DNA from: an uncultured Chloroflexia bacterium
Lineage (GTDB): Bacteria; Chloroflexota; Limnocylindria; Limnocylindrales; CSP1-4
NCBI GenBank assembly: GCA_963810065.1
Contig: CAWELX010000001.1
Span: forward strand, 41,750 to 105,749
DNA: 64,000 nt
Direction: 5' to 3'
The notes beneath the pieces are model-generated. The model searched no databases and was not told where the DNA came from. It was given only the letters and a program-made list of their open reading frames with translations. Made by a program: the position numbers and the translations under genes. Positions 41,253 to 51,407 of the stretch are shown here, one piece after another (positions within the stretch are counted from its first letter, which is position 1; the number at the start of each line of letters is the position of its first letter).

Positions 41253-41921
41253 TCAGACGACGACCCGGCGATCCGGGTGCTGCGTGCGCTCGATCCGGAT
41301 GATCTCGTCGATCAGCACGGCGGTCCGCTCGACCTGGCCGTCCTCGTTGACCACGACGTGGTCGTAGTCGCCGGCACGCGCCAGCTCGATCGCCGCATTC
41401 CGCTGGCGCAGCTCGAGCTCGCGCGCGGATTCCGTCGCTCGCGCCCGCAGGCGCCGGAAGAGCGCCTCGAGCGAGGGTGGGACGACGAAGACCAGGAGAG
41501 CGTCGTCCACCAGCGACTTCACCGCGGCCGCGCCCTGGACGTCGATCTTGAGGATCACGTCGTGACCGGCGGCAAGGGCCCGCCGCACCTCGGCCCGCGG
41601 GGTGGCATACCAGTTCCCGTGCACCTCGGCCCACTCCAGGAACGAGCCGGCATCACGCAGCGCGGCGAACCGCTCGCGGGTCAGGAAGTGATAGCTGACG
41701 CCGTCCACCTCGCCGGGACGGGGCGGGCGCGTCGTGCAGGTCACGACGTAGTGGTAGTCCGGGTCGCGAGGGAGCTCGCGGAGCGCCTCGATGATCGTGT
41801 CCTTGCCCACGCCGGAGGGTCCGGACACGACGACCAGCAGGGCTCCGGGCGCCCCGGCGCTCGGGGAGCCGGCGAGCGGGTCGTCGGGAGCCGGCGCGGC
41901 GCCCAGCGGCTGCTCGCTCAT
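41253..41921 (-). CDS. gmk: Guanylate kinase
   Basis: SGPSGVGKDT, TTRPPRPGEVDG, IDVQGA. Confidence 0.97.
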   Translation of the reverse strand: MSEQPLGAAPAPDDPLAGSPSAGAPGALLVVVSGPSGVGKDTIIEALRELPRDPDYHYVVTCTTRPPRPGEVDGVSYHFLTRERFAALRDAGSFLEWAEVHGNWYATPRAEVRRALAAGHDVILKIDVQGAAAVKSLVDDALLVFVVPPSLEALFRRLRARATESARELELRQRNAAIELARAGDYDHVVVNEDGQVERTAVLIDEIIRIERTQHPDRRVVV

Positions 41922-42880
41922 CGCGGAAGCTCGATGTCCGAGAGCGGCTGCCCGGAGATGCCCGCGGCGGCGTCGCGCAGCGCCTGCAGCACGGCCTCCA
42001 GCACCGCTGGCAGGGCTGCCTCGACGCGCACCAGGTCGCCCGTCGCGGGCGCCGCGAACACCAGGCGCCAGGCGTGGAGGAAGAGCCGCTCCAGCCCGTC
42101 GGGACCTCGCCGGGCCGCTCCCGGGCCGTACACCGGGTCGCCGGCAATCGAGTGCCCCAGGGCCGCCAGGTGGACCCGGATCTGGTGGGTGCGCCCGGTG
42201 ACCAGGTCCAGCTCCAGGAGGGTCCAGCCCGTGAAGCGCTCCCGCACCCGGTAGCCCGTGACCGACGGGCGCCCGTCGGGGACCACGGCCATCCGCATCC
42301 GGTTCTTGGGATCCCGGCCGATGGGCGCCTCGATCCGGCCCATGGCGGCCTGCACGCTTCCCTGGACCAGCGCCAGGTAGGTCTTCTTGACACGCCGTGC
42401 CTTGAGCTGCGCCATGAGGCTCGCCTGGGCGGCGTCGGTCTTGGCAACCATGAGGAGCCCCGACGTGTCGCGGTCGAGGCGATGGACGATCCCGGGGCGC
42501 TCCACCCCGGCGATCCCGCCGTAGACCGTGTCGCGTGCCAGGAGGGCGTTGACCAGCGTGCCCGACCAGTGGCCCGGACTCGGGTGCACGACGAGGCCGG
42601 CCGGCTTGTTGATCACCAGCACGTCGTCGTCCTCGTACACCGCATCGAGGGGGATCGCCTCCGGCTCGATCCCGGACGGCTCCGGCAGCGGGACGTCGAT
42701 GACCAGCACGGCGCCCGGCGGCACGTGGGTATTGGCCTTGACGGGCTGGCCGTTCGAGGTGACCCGTCCGTCGGCCATGAGGCGCTGGATGCGGCTCCGC
42801 GAGAGCCCTGACAGGTCGGCGGCGAACCGGTCGGCCCGCCCTCCCCCACCGTCCGGGACCACGAGGCGGAGCTCTGTCAT
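41918..42880 (-). CDS. rluD: RluA/RluD family pseudouridine synthase
   Basis: S4 domain, NKPAGLVVHP, HRLDRDTSG, TGRTHQIRVH. Confidence 0.95.
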   Translation of the reverse strand: MTELRLVVPDGGGGRADRFAADLSGLSRSRIQRLMADGRVTSNGQPVKANTHVPPGAVLVIDVPLPEPSGIEPEAIPLDAVYEDDDVLVINKPAGLVVHPSPGHWSGTLVNALLARDTVYGGIAGVERPGIVHRLDRDTSGLLMVAKTDAAQASLMAQLKARRVKKTYLALVQGSVQAAMGRIEAPIGRDPKNRMRMAVVPDGRPSVTGYRVRERFTGWTLLELDLVTGRTHQIRVHLAALGHSIAGDPVYGPGAARRGPDGLERLFLHAWRLVFAAPATGDLVRVEAALPAVLEAVLQALRDAAAGISGQPLSDIELPR

Positions 42881-43443
42881 GCGACCGGGGCGTCCCGGCG
42901 TCCCGCGGGCAGGAGCACCATCAGCAGCAGGAGGAGGATGGAGGTGGTGATCGCCGCGTCGGCCACGTTCCACGTGTAGAAGCGCCAGCCGCCGGGGATT
43001 CCCATGTCGACGAAGTCCACCACGTAGCCGAAGCGGGCCCGGTCGATGAAGTTGCCGACGGCGCCGCCCAGGAGCAGGCCGAGCGCGATCGTGGCCAGCC
43101 AGCCGCTGCTGACGAGCGCCCTGCCGTGGTACCAGATGATCAGGGCCATCACCCCGATGCTGAGGAGGGCGAAGAGGACAGCCTGGTCGCGGAAGAGCCC
43201 GAAGAGGGCGCCCGTGTTCCGGACGTACCAGATGCGCAGCCACTCGCCGAGCACGTCGCTGGACTGACCGACCTCCAGGCTCCCGACCACCGCGGCCTTC
43301 ACGACCTGGTCCAGGACGATGACCCCGCCGGCGATGGCGAAGAAGACGACCCAGTGGCTCGCCCGCCCCGCCGCCCTCCCGCGGGACGGCGCCTCCCCCC
43401 CGGCGCCATCGGCGGCAACGATCGGCATGCTGTCCTCGCTCAC
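42877..43443 (-). CDS. lspA: Lipoprotein signal peptidase
   Basis: DQVVK, NTGALFG, GAVGNFIDR, VVDF, WNVAD. Confidence 0.95.
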   Translation of the reverse strand: MSEDSMPIVAADGAGGEAPSRGRAAGRASHWVVFFAIAGGVIVLDQVVKAAVVGSLEVGQSSDVLGEWLRIWYVRNTGALFGLFRDQAVLFALLSIGVMALIIWYHGRALVSSGWLATIALGLLLGGAVGNFIDRARFGYVVDFVDMGIPGGWRFYTWNVADAAITTSILLLLLMVLLPAGRRDAPVA

Positions 43444-46400
43444 GCAGGCCCCCCGCCTCGCCGCCGGATGGCGATCGTCGCAGTCGTCGCGGAGAGGGCG
43501 AACGTCGCCGTGGGCCAGCCCTCCGGCGGCGGCCCTTCCGCGACGGACTCCGCCAGTGTCTCGAGCGCCACCGCCGTGAGGTGCGGCCGGATGGCCGTGG
43601 CATCGCCCTCGAACGCGACGACGAGGTCGATCCGATCGTCGAGCTCCAGGCGCGCGTCGCGGCGGAGGTCCTGGACCGCCCGTTGGAGCTCGCGTGCGTC
43701 GCCCTCCGCCCGCAGCTCGTCGGTCAGCTCGGTGTCGATGACGACGACCAATCCCTCGTCGTGGGCGACGGCCGTCCCCGGGCGGGGCGTGGCGAGGATC
43801 TCCACCTCGTCCGGGGCCAGCAGGACGCCCCCAAGCGCCACGGAGCCGTCCGCGTGGATCTCGAAGCGACCATCTCGGGCCGCGGCCATGACGGCCGGGA
43901 TCGCAGGGCCAAGCTTCTTCCCGATCTTCGGCAAGAGCGGCTTGACCCGCCGCTCCACCAGCGCGGATTCGTCGTCGATCCGCACGACCAGCTTGACGTT
44001 GACCTCCTCGGCAACGATGTCCAGCAGCGCGTCGAGCTCCGCGTGATCCTCGCCGGGGAGTGCGATCCAGAGGCGGGCCAGCGGCTGGCGTGTCCGCAGG
44101 CCAGCCCCCGACCGGAGCGTCCGGGCCAGCTCCACGGCGCGCTGGGCGATCTCCATCCCGTGCTCCAGGGGTTCGTCACGCAGGCCGTCCAGCTCGGACG
44201 TCGGCCAGCCCGTGAGGTGGACGCTGTCCGGCAGATCGACGCCCGCCCGCACGACCAGGTTCTGGTAGAGGGACTCGGAGAGGAAGGGCATCACGGGGGC
44301 GACGACGCGGGCGACCCCGACGAGCGCCGCGTGCAGCGTGGCGAACGCCGCCGCGCGGTCGGGGCCGTCCGCCGCCCGCGACAGGCGGCGGCGGCTGCGC
44401 CGCAGGTACCACGTGGAGAGGTCGTCGATGAACCGCGAGACGAGGGCCGCCGCGGCGTCGGTGTCGTAGTCGGCGAGGCGCTCCTCGACCCGGGCCGCGA
44501 GCCCTGCCAGGCGCGAGAGGACCCAGCGGTCCAGGGTCGCCCGCTCCGCGACCGGCGGCGCCGGGTCGCCGGGCTGCCAGCCGGCCAGGTTCGCGTAGGT
44601 CACGAAGAACGCGTAGACGTTCCACAGGACCAGCAGCTCCCGTCGCGCCTCGTCCCCGGCGTGCCACCCGAAGAGGATGTTCTCCTCCGGCCGGGCCCTG
44701 GCGAACATCCAGCGCATGACGTCCACGCCCATCCGGTCCGCCGCCTCGTCGAACTCGATGGCGTTGCCCCAGCTCTTGTGCATCGGGCGGCCGTCCTCGG
44801 CGAAGACGAGGGCATACCCGAAGATTGCCTTGAACGGCTCCTCCCGCCGGAGCACGGTGGACATGGCCAGCATGGAGTAGAACCAGTTGCGGAACTGGCC
44901 CGGGAAGCTCTCGGTGATGAAGTCCGCCGGGAACCACTGCGCCCAGTAGTCGGGATCCTCGCGGAAGTGGAGCGTGGAGAAGGGCACGATCCCGGCGTCC
45001 AGCCACGGGTTGCCGACGTCCTTGATGCGCTCCACGGGCGCGCCGCAGCGCCGGCAGGCGATGCGGACCTCGTCCACCCATGGGCGGTGAGGGGTGTGGC
45101 CCTCGTAGCGCTCCCAGCCCGCGACCGCCCGCTCGCGCAGCTCGTTGCGCCCGCCGATGACGGCGACCGTGCCGCAGGCCGCGCAGTCGTAGATCGGCAG
45201 TGCGAGGCCCCAGTAGCGCTTCTTGCTGATCATCCAGTCGTGCATGTTGCGGAGCCAGTCGAGCTCGCGGTCGTACCCGAACTCCGGGACCCAGCGGATC
45301 CGGTCCACCACTTCCATGATCTGGTAGCGCAGGCTCGCGTCCACCTGCTCCGCCGTCAGCGTCGCGCGGGGCTGGTCGTAGACGGGACCCATGCTGATGT
45401 ACCACTCGTCGACGAGCCGGAAGAGGAGCGGCGTCCCGCAGCGCCAGCAGTGCGGGTAGCGGTGCCGGTAGGGCTCCAGGTGATAGAAGACATGACGCCG
45501 CTCGAGGTCGTCGACGATCGCCTCGGCCACGTTGGGCGCCTCGCGGCCGGTCAGCCAGTCGAACCCACCCACGTACCGGCCGCTCTCGTCGATGGGGGCG
45601 ATGATGGGCAGGCCCAGCGCCTTGCCCAGCTGGTAGTCCTCGGCTCCGCAGCCGGGAGCGATGTGGACGATCCCGGTGCCCTCGTCCTCGCCGACCTCGT
45701 CCCAGGCCACGACCTGGTGCTCGTAGGGCCGGCCATCGGGCCTGTCGGCCGCGAACGCCGACTGGACGGCCGGCAGGTGGTCGAAGGGACCGGCGTAGCG
45801 CCACCCGACGAGGTCCGCGCCGGGCACCTCGTCGAGGATCTCGAAGCGGTCCTGGAGCGCGACCTTGAGCGTGCCCTTCCCAAGCCAGTAGATCCGGTCG
45901 CCCTGGCGCACCTGCACGTAGCGCACGGCCGGTCCGACGGCGGCCGCCACGTTCGCCGTGAGGGTCCAGGGAGTGGTCGTCCACACCAGCAGCGACTCAC
46001 CCGGGCGATCGACCAGCGGGAAGCGGACCGTCAGGCCGGGATCCTCGCGGTCCTGGTAGCCCTCGTTCATCTCCATCTGTGAGAGGCCCGTCCCGCAGCG
46101 TGGGCACCAGGGCATCGTGTCGTGGCCCTTGTAGAGCCAGCCGCGCCGATGGCACTCCGCCAGGAAGCCCCAGATCAGGTCGTTGTTCTCGTTGCTGAAC
46201 GTGAAGTAGCTGCCGCCGACGTCGGGCATTCCCAGCCGCCCGACGAGCATCTCCACGCTGTCCGTGACGGGGCCATCCGGGCCCTGGATCGTGGTCACCG
46301 TGGCCGGGTCCGCGGCGAGCAGGTCGTGCAGCCGGCGCAGCTCGGCCGGGTCGTTCCAGTCCATCCACATCCCGAGTCGGATGGACTGCTCGGTCTGGCG

Positions 46401-46787
46401 GGCCGCGAAATCCAGGACGCGCTGCTTGCACAGGGTCACGAACCGGTCGATCCCGTAGGCCTCGATGTCGCGCTTGGACGTGAACCCGAGGTCCTTCTCG
46501 ACGTTGACCTCGACCCACAGGCCCTGGCAATCGAAGCCGTTCTGCCAGCGCTGGTCTTCCCCGCGCATGGCGTGGAAGCGCTGGAACACGTCCTTGTAGG
46601 TCCTGCCCCAGGCGTGATGGACGCCCATCGGGTTGTTGGCGGTGATGGGGCCGTCCAGGAAGCTCCAGCGCGGCCCGCCGGCGTTCTGGGCGCGCAGCCG
46701 GGCAAAGGTGCGCCGCTCGCGCCACAGCGCGAGGATCTCGTGCTCGTTGGCCACGAGGTCGGGCTTGCTGCTGACCGGATCGAACAT
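43440..46787 (-). CDS. ileS: Isoleucyl-tRNA synthetase (type 2-like)
   Basis: FLDGPITAN..MGVHH, WTTTPWTL, GTGIVHIAP, DWMISKKRYWG, PMHKS, WYLRRSRRR. Confidence 0.95.
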   Translation of the reverse strand: MFDPVSSKPDLVANEHEILALWRERRTFARLRAQNAGGPRWSFLDGPITANNPMGVHHAWGRTYKDVFQRFHAMRGEDQRWQNGFDCQGLWVEVNVEKDLGFTSKRDIEAYGIDRFVTLCKQRVLDFAARQTEQSIRLGMWMDWNDPAELRRLHDLLAADPATVTTIQGPDGPVTDSVEMLVGRLGMPDVGGSYFTFSNENNDLIWGFLAECHRRGWLYKGHDTMPWCPRCGTGLSQMEMNEGYQDREDPGLTVRFPLVDRPGESLLVWTTTPWTLTANVAAAVGPAVRYVQVRQGDRIYWLGKGTLKVALQDRFEILDEVPGADLVGWRYAGPFDHLPAVQSAFAADRPDGRPYEHQVVAWDEVGEDEGTGIVHIAPGCGAEDYQLGKALGLPIIAPIDESGRYVGGFDWLTGREAPNVAEAIVDDLERRHVFYHLEPYRHRYPHCWRCGTPLLFRLVDEWYISMGPVYDQPRATLTAEQVDASLRYQIMEVVDRIRWVPEFGYDRELDWLRNMHDWMISKKRYWGLALPIYDCAACGTVAVIGGRNELRERAVAGWERYEGHTPHRPWVDEVRIACRRCGAPVERIKDVGNPWLDAGIVPFSTLHFREDPDYWAQWFPADFITESFPGQFRNWFYSMLAMSTVLRREEPFKAIFGYALVFAEDGRPMHKSWGNAIEFDEAADRMGVDVMRWMFARARPEENILFGWHAGDEARRELLVLWNVYAFFVTYANLAGWQPGDPAPPVAERATLDRWVLSRLAGLAARVEERLADYDTDAAAALVSRFIDDLSTWYLRRSRRRLSRAADGPDRAAAFATLHAALVGVARVVAPVMPFLSESLYQNLVVRAGVDLPDSVHLTGWPTSELDGLRDEPLEHGMEIAQRAVELARTLRSGAGLRTRQPLARLWIALPGEDHAELDALLDIVAEEVNVKLVVRIDDESALVERRVKPLLPKIGKKLGPAIPAVMAAARDGRFEIHADGSVALGGVLLAPDEVEILATPRPGTAVAHDEGLVVVIDTELTDELRAEGDARELQRAVQDLRRDARLELDDRIDLVVAFEGDATAIRPHLTAVALETLAESVAEGPPPEGWPTATFALSATTATIAIRRRGGGPA

Positions 46788-46907
46788 CGGGCCTCGGCTG
46801 GGGACAGGAGTTGCGGGCCGCGGGCGGGCCCGGCGTCACGCGCCGGTGCCACCGACCGTCACAGCCCCTCGGACACACTTCACGGAGGTTCCCCTATCCT
46901 ACCCGCG

Positions 46908-48701
46908 ATGAACCGACCGCAGGAACCGCAGCGTCGCGCACGATCCGCCTTCACCGCCGCGTTCCTCTCCATCCTGTTCCCGGGCCTCGGGCATGCCTAT
47001 GCCGGCGCGTGGTATCGCGCCGTCGCATTCGCCGCCCCGCCATTCCTGCTGCTGGCCCTCGCGCTGGGGATCGGCATCACCTACCAGGTGGAGCTGCTCG
47101 GCGTCGTCCTCCAGCCCGCGGCCCTGGTCGGGATCTTCGTCGGCAACATCGTCGCGCTCGCCTACCGGCTGGTAGCGGCGATCGATGCCTACCGCGTCAC
47201 CGTCTACCTGAACCGCTGGGACCAGGGAGCCGGGCGGCTGGGTCCGTCGCGGATGTCCCTCGCGCCGCTGTCGATCGCCGGGCTCCTCGCGGTGGTGCTG
47301 GTCATGGGCGGCGCGCACGCCGCCGTCGCCTACTACGACATGCAGGCCCTCGACCTCGTCAATGGCGTCTTCAACCCCGACGAAGGGGACGCCACGCCCG
47401 ATCCGACCACCACGCCCCTCGTGACGCCGGACGGATCCGCCGAGCCCACGGACACGCCGCTCGCCACAGCGCCGCCCAACGCCACCGAGGCGCCCGCTGA
47501 GCCCACGCTGCCGCCCTGGGACGGCACGGGGCGCCTCAACGTCCTGCTCATCGGCTCCGATCGCCGCCCCGGCGAGGGCTCGTACAACACCGACACACTC
47601 ATCGTCGCCAGCATCGACCCGAAGACGGGCCAGGTGGCGATGTTCAGCCTCCCGCGCGACACCACGGGGATCCCGCTTCCCGCCGGGCCCGCCCGCTCCG
47701 TCTTCGGGACGACGTGGAACCGCAAGATCAACGCCCTGTTCCAGCAGGCGCGCGTCCGGCCGGACCTGTTCCCGGGAGGCAAGCGGAGCGGGTACCAGGC
47801 CCTCAAGGACACGCTGGGCGGGCTCTACGGCATCAAGATCCCGTACTTCGTGGAGGTCGACTTCGAAGGCTTCCGCAAGGTCGTGGACGCGCTGGGCGGG
47901 GTCACCGTCAACGTCCAGGTCCCGGTGATCGACGACGACTACCCGGGCGACAAGGGCCGCCTCCGGGTCTACATCCCGACCGGCGTGCAGCACATGAGCG
48001 GCACCGAGGCCCTCGTGTACGCCCGGTCGCGCCATGCCTCCTCGGACTTCGACCGGGCGGCGCGGCAGCAGCGCGTGATCCTGTCGCTGCGCCAGCAGGC
48101 CGACTTCGCGACCCTGGCCAGCCCCGGTGTCATCTCCGAGCTGGTCAAGGCCACCAAGGGCGCCATCAAGACGGACTTCCCGGTGGCGAAGCTGGCCAAG
48201 CTCATCGAGCTGGCCCAGCGCATCGACATCGGCAACGTCCGCTCCTTCGTCTTCACGCCACCGTACTACTCGACGAACATGTGGCCGGTGTCGAGCGACA
48301 TCGTCGCCAACGTGCCGCGGATCCGGCAGGCGGCCGCGGCGGCGTTCGACTTCGATCCGCGCGAGCAGGCGCAGCGCCAGGAGATCGCGGAGGAGGGCGC
48401 TTCCGTGTGGGTCGTGAGCAGCACGGGCCAGGCGGCGCGGGCCACCACCCTCGCCCAGTACCTGGATTTCGAGGGCTTCGCCGCCTCCGCTCCGCGCGGC
48501 CAGGCGCCCGATACCGTCGCCCCCAAGACGATCATCCGCGTCTTCAATGGCGCCGAGACGGCCTATCCGAAGACCCTTGCCCGCCTCGAGGCCATCTTCA
48601 AGGTGAAGGCCGTGCTGGTCGTCGATCCCAAGATGAAGGCGGACGTCGTCGTCGTCCAGGGCACGCGAACCCCGGCCCTCGAGGCACCCGTCAACCCCTG
48701 A
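46908..48701 (+). CDS. LCP (LytR-CpsA-Psr) family protein with N-terminal TMs and LytR_C-like domain
   Basis: NVLLIGSD, TDTLIV, SLPRD, KINA, VDALGGV, YARSR..SDFDRAARQQ; TATCCT 7 nt before ATG. Confidence 0.92.
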   Translation: MNRPQEPQRRARSAFTAAFLSILFPGLGHAYAGAWYRAVAFAAPPFLLLALALGIGITYQVELLGVVLQPAALVGIFVGNIVALAYRLVAAIDAYRVTVYLNRWDQGAGRLGPSRMSLAPLSIAGLLAVVLVMGGAHAAVAYYDMQALDLVNGVFNPDEGDATPDPTTTPLVTPDGSAEPTDTPLATAPPNATEAPAEPTLPPWDGTGRLNVLLIGSDRRPGEGSYNTDTLIVASIDPKTGQVAMFSLPRDTTGIPLPAGPARSVFGTTWNRKINALFQQARVRPDLFPGGKRSGYQALKDTLGGLYGIKIPYFVEVDFEGFRKVVDALGGVTVNVQVPVIDDDYPGDKGRLRVYIPTGVQHMSGTEALVYARSRHASSDFDRAARQQRVILSLRQQADFATLASPGVISELVKATKGAIKTDFPVAKLAKLIELAQRIDIGNVRSFVFTPPYYSTNMWPVSSDIVANVPRIRQAAAAAFDFDPREQAQRQEIAEEGASVWVVSSTGQAARATTLAQYLDFEGFAASAPRGQAPDTVAPKTIIRVFNGAETAYPKTLARLEAIFKVKAVLVVDPKMKADVVVVQGTRTPALEAPVNP

Positions 48702-48759
48702 CGGCGGCGGCGTGCCGGCATCCCGACGCCGGCGTCCCGGGACCGGGAGGCCTGGGCCC

Positions 48760-49740
48760 TCAGCCCGCGTGCACGGGCGTCACCCAGTGGGCGTACGCCG
48801 GAAGGTTGCCGCGCACCGCGTCGAAGTAGCGGTCCTTGACGCGCCTGGTGATCGGTCCCACCGAGCCGCTGCCGACCGGCCGCCGGTCCACCTCGATGAT
48901 CGGGCTGATCTGGGCCCCCGTCCCACAGAAGAACGCCTCGTCCGCGATGTAGATCTCGGAGCGGTCGATCGAGCGCTCCACAACCCGCAGCCCCAGCTCA
49001 TCGCAGATCTCCATGATCCCCGCGCGCGTGATCCCCTCCAGGATGTCGTCGGTCACCGGCGGGGTCAGGAGGACGCCGTCGCGGATCACGAAGATGTTCT
49101 CGGCGGAGCCCTCGGAGACGTGGCCGTCCTGGGTCAGGACGAGCGCCTCGTCGTAGCCGTTGAGCAGCGCCTCGGACTTGCTGAACGCGGGGTTCACGTA
49201 GCTCCCCACGATCTTGGCGCGCGACGGGATGGCCGGGTCGGCGGTGCGACGCCAGGAGACGGTCCCGACCTTCACCCCCACCGTGGTGTCGACGTAGTCA
49301 CCGAACGGCAGGGCCAGGATGTAGTAGCGGTGCTCGAGACCGTGGAGCCTGACCCCGATCGCCTGCGTGCTCTTGTAGAACGACGGCCGCACGTAGGCAT
49401 CCTCGCGGAACCCGTTGCGCCGGAGGACCTCCAGGGCCTCGGACGTCAGCTGGTCAACGGACGGCAGGTCGGTCATCAGGAGCACCTTCGACGAGCTCCG
49501 GATCCGCTCCATGTGCTCGCGGACCTTGAGCGCGTAGAGTTGGCCGTGCTCCGCGTTCCAGTAGGCCCGGATCCCCTCGAAGACGGCTGTCCCGTACATG
49601 AAGGCGTGGGTCATGATGCTCACGTTGGCCTCGCCGAGGGGCACGTAGCGGCCCTCGAAGAGGCAGACGAGCGAGGCGAGGTCGGGGGACGCAGCGGCCG
49701 CCTGCGGCGGAGCCTGGACGGCAGGCTTCTGGGTGAGCAT
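48760..49740 (-). CDS. ilvE: Branched-chain amino acid aminotransferase
   Basis: YGTAVFEGIRAY, AKIVGSY, EGSAEN, LEGITR, DEAFFCGT. Confidence 0.95.
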   Translation of the reverse strand: MLTQKPAVQAPPQAAAASPDLASLVCLFEGRYVPLGEANVSIMTHAFMYGTAVFEGIRAYWNAEHGQLYALKVREHMERIRSSSKVLLMTDLPSVDQLTSEALEVLRRNGFREDAYVRPSFYKSTQAIGVRLHGLEHRYYILALPFGDYVDTTVGVKVGTVSWRRTADPAIPSRAKIVGSYVNPAFSKSEALLNGYDEALVLTQDGHVSEGSAENIFVIRDGVLLTPPVTDDILEGITRAGIMEICDELGLRVVERSIDRSEIYIADEAFFCGTGAQISPIIEVDRRPVGSGSVGPITRRVKDRYFDAVRGNLPAYAHWVTPVHAG

Positions 49741-49957
49741 CGGGTCGGCTCCTTCGCGTGGTCCCGACGGGGCGGCAGGCCCCCGGAGACGGTCCGAGTA
49801 TAGACCCGGGCCCTGCGCGAGAGCCGGGGCCCGGCCCCGCGCACGAGCCGAGGCCTGATGGCTGGGAGCCTCCGTCAAGCGGCCCCCGGCGGAGGCCACC
49901 CGACGCGCCGCGGCCGACCCCCGGCTCCGCCCGGGGTCACCCAACGCCCAGCAGAGG

Positions 49958-51007
49958 TCACCCGGCGCCGGCGACCGAGGCGACGACGACCCCCAGGTAG
50001 GCCAGGTAGAAGAGGCCGCCGACCAGCAGGCCGCGCCCCGTCAGGAGGCGGCGCCGGGTCGCGGGCAGGACGATGGCGAGGAGCGAGACCACGGCGATGG
50101 CAGCCGAGAAGAAGGCGATCGCGGTGCCCTCCCCGAAAGCCCAGGCCTCGGGCGCGAACACGAGGGCGATGCTGGGGGGGATGGCGCTCTGGAAGGTCAT
50201 CGCCCCGGTGATGTTCCCGAGCGCGAGGTTGTCCTTGCCCTGGCGCACCCAGATGACGCTGTTGAACTTCTCCGGGAGCTCGGTGGCGATGGGAGCGATC
50301 ACCAGCGCCAGGAGGGTCGGATCCACGCCCATCGACCTCGCGACGCCATCCACCGCGCTCACGAAGAAGCCGGCGCCCAGCACGATGCATCCGAGCGCGA
50401 CGGCAAGCTGGAGGACCACGACCCACAGTCGCGGCGGGTCGTCCGGCACCCGGCGCCGCGCCGGATCGAGGCGGTGCATCCGGAGCGGCTCCGGAGCCTG
50501 CAGGCCCTCGTCGCGCACCTCTCGCATGTGCGACCGGACATAGGACGCGTACAGCAGCACGAGCCCGATCGCGACGACCCACGAGTACGGCTTCAGGTCC
50601 GGCGGCAGGAACGCCGCGCCGATCGCGATCGCGTAGCCGACCAGGAAGGCGCGCGTGTCCCGGCCCACGATGCCCATGTCCACCCGGGCGTCCGTGCCCG
50701 TCGGGCGCCGGCCCCGGAAGACGAAGATCGCCACGCCCGTGATGAACATCGCGAGCGTGGCGAGCATGAACGGCGCACCGAGAATCGCGCCGATCCCGAT
50801 CTCGTCGGCGGACGTGGAGCCCACGAACACGATCGCGATGAGCGGGATCATGGTCTCGGGAAGCGCGGTCCCCACGGCCGCGAGGACACTCCCGACGACG
50901 CCCTCGGAGAGGTTCAGCCGGTGGCCGAACCACTCCACCGCGTTGGTGAACAGCTCCGCGCCGGCCAGGATGACGACGAGCGAGACGGCGAGCACCGCCA
51001 CGTCCAT
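49958..51007 (-). CDS. Sodium:calcium antiporter family protein
   Basis: Alpha repeats AVGTALPE and PIATELPE; LGNITG; about 10 TMs. Confidence 0.9.
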   Translation of the reverse strand: MDVAVLAVSLVVILAGAELFTNAVEWFGHRLNLSEGVVGSVLAAVGTALPETMIPLIAIVFVGSTSADEIGIGAILGAPFMLATLAMFITGVAIFVFRGRRPTGTDARVDMGIVGRDTRAFLVGYAIAIGAAFLPPDLKPYSWVVAIGLVLLYASYVRSHMREVRDEGLQAPEPLRMHRLDPARRRVPDDPPRLWVVVLQLAVALGCIVLGAGFFVSAVDGVARSMGVDPTLLALVIAPIATELPEKFNSVIWVRQGKDNLALGNITGAMTFQSAIPPSIALVFAPEAWAFGEGTAIAFFSAAIAVVSLLAIVLPATRRRLLTGRGLLVGGLFYLAYLGVVVASVAGAG

Positions 51008-51011
51008 GGCG

Positions 51012-51407
51012 TCAGCCCCCCGCGACCCCGGCCACGACCGCGAGCGCGATCACGACCAGCACGCCGAGCCCGAGGGCGACCATCCGGCGCTCCCCTGCCC
51101 GCGCGAACCCGAGCGTCGCGGCTGCCACCCGTACCAGGGGCGTCGCGATCGTGACGATGAGGCCCAGCCAGAGGAAGGCCGCCGGCTGCAGGGCGAGCAG
51201 CTGCGAGGGCAGCGCCGCGACGTCCAGCGGCGGCCAGGTCGTCTCCAGGGGCGAGATCCCGTTCACCACCAGCAGCAGGCTGCCGGCCGCGAGGAGGCCG
51301 ACGCCGGCGCGCGTGCCGAGCGTGAGAAGGCGGGCGATCTGCGCCTCGATGCCGGTCGTCGCCGACCTGCCCCCTGGCCGCGCGCCGGGCGCCGTCGCGG
51401 CGCTCAT
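51012..51407 (-). CDS. DUF1634 membrane protein
   Basis: IARLLTLG..LGLIVTIATPLVRV; coupled to TauE gene. Confidence 0.85.
   Translation of the reverse strand: MSAATAPGARPGGRSATTGIEAQIARLLTLGTRAGVGLLAAGSLLLVVNGISPLETTWPPLDVAALPSQLLALQPAAFLWLGLIVTIATPLVRVAAATLGFARAGERRMVALGLGVLVVIALAVVAGVAGG

Noticed and set aside
46122-46907. Extended N-termini in the ORF track (LCP here; also ispG, rpe, smc, rluD, rpsP, coaD)
   Set aside because: The extensions overlap neighbouring genes; true starts were assigned from SD, -10 and family motifs
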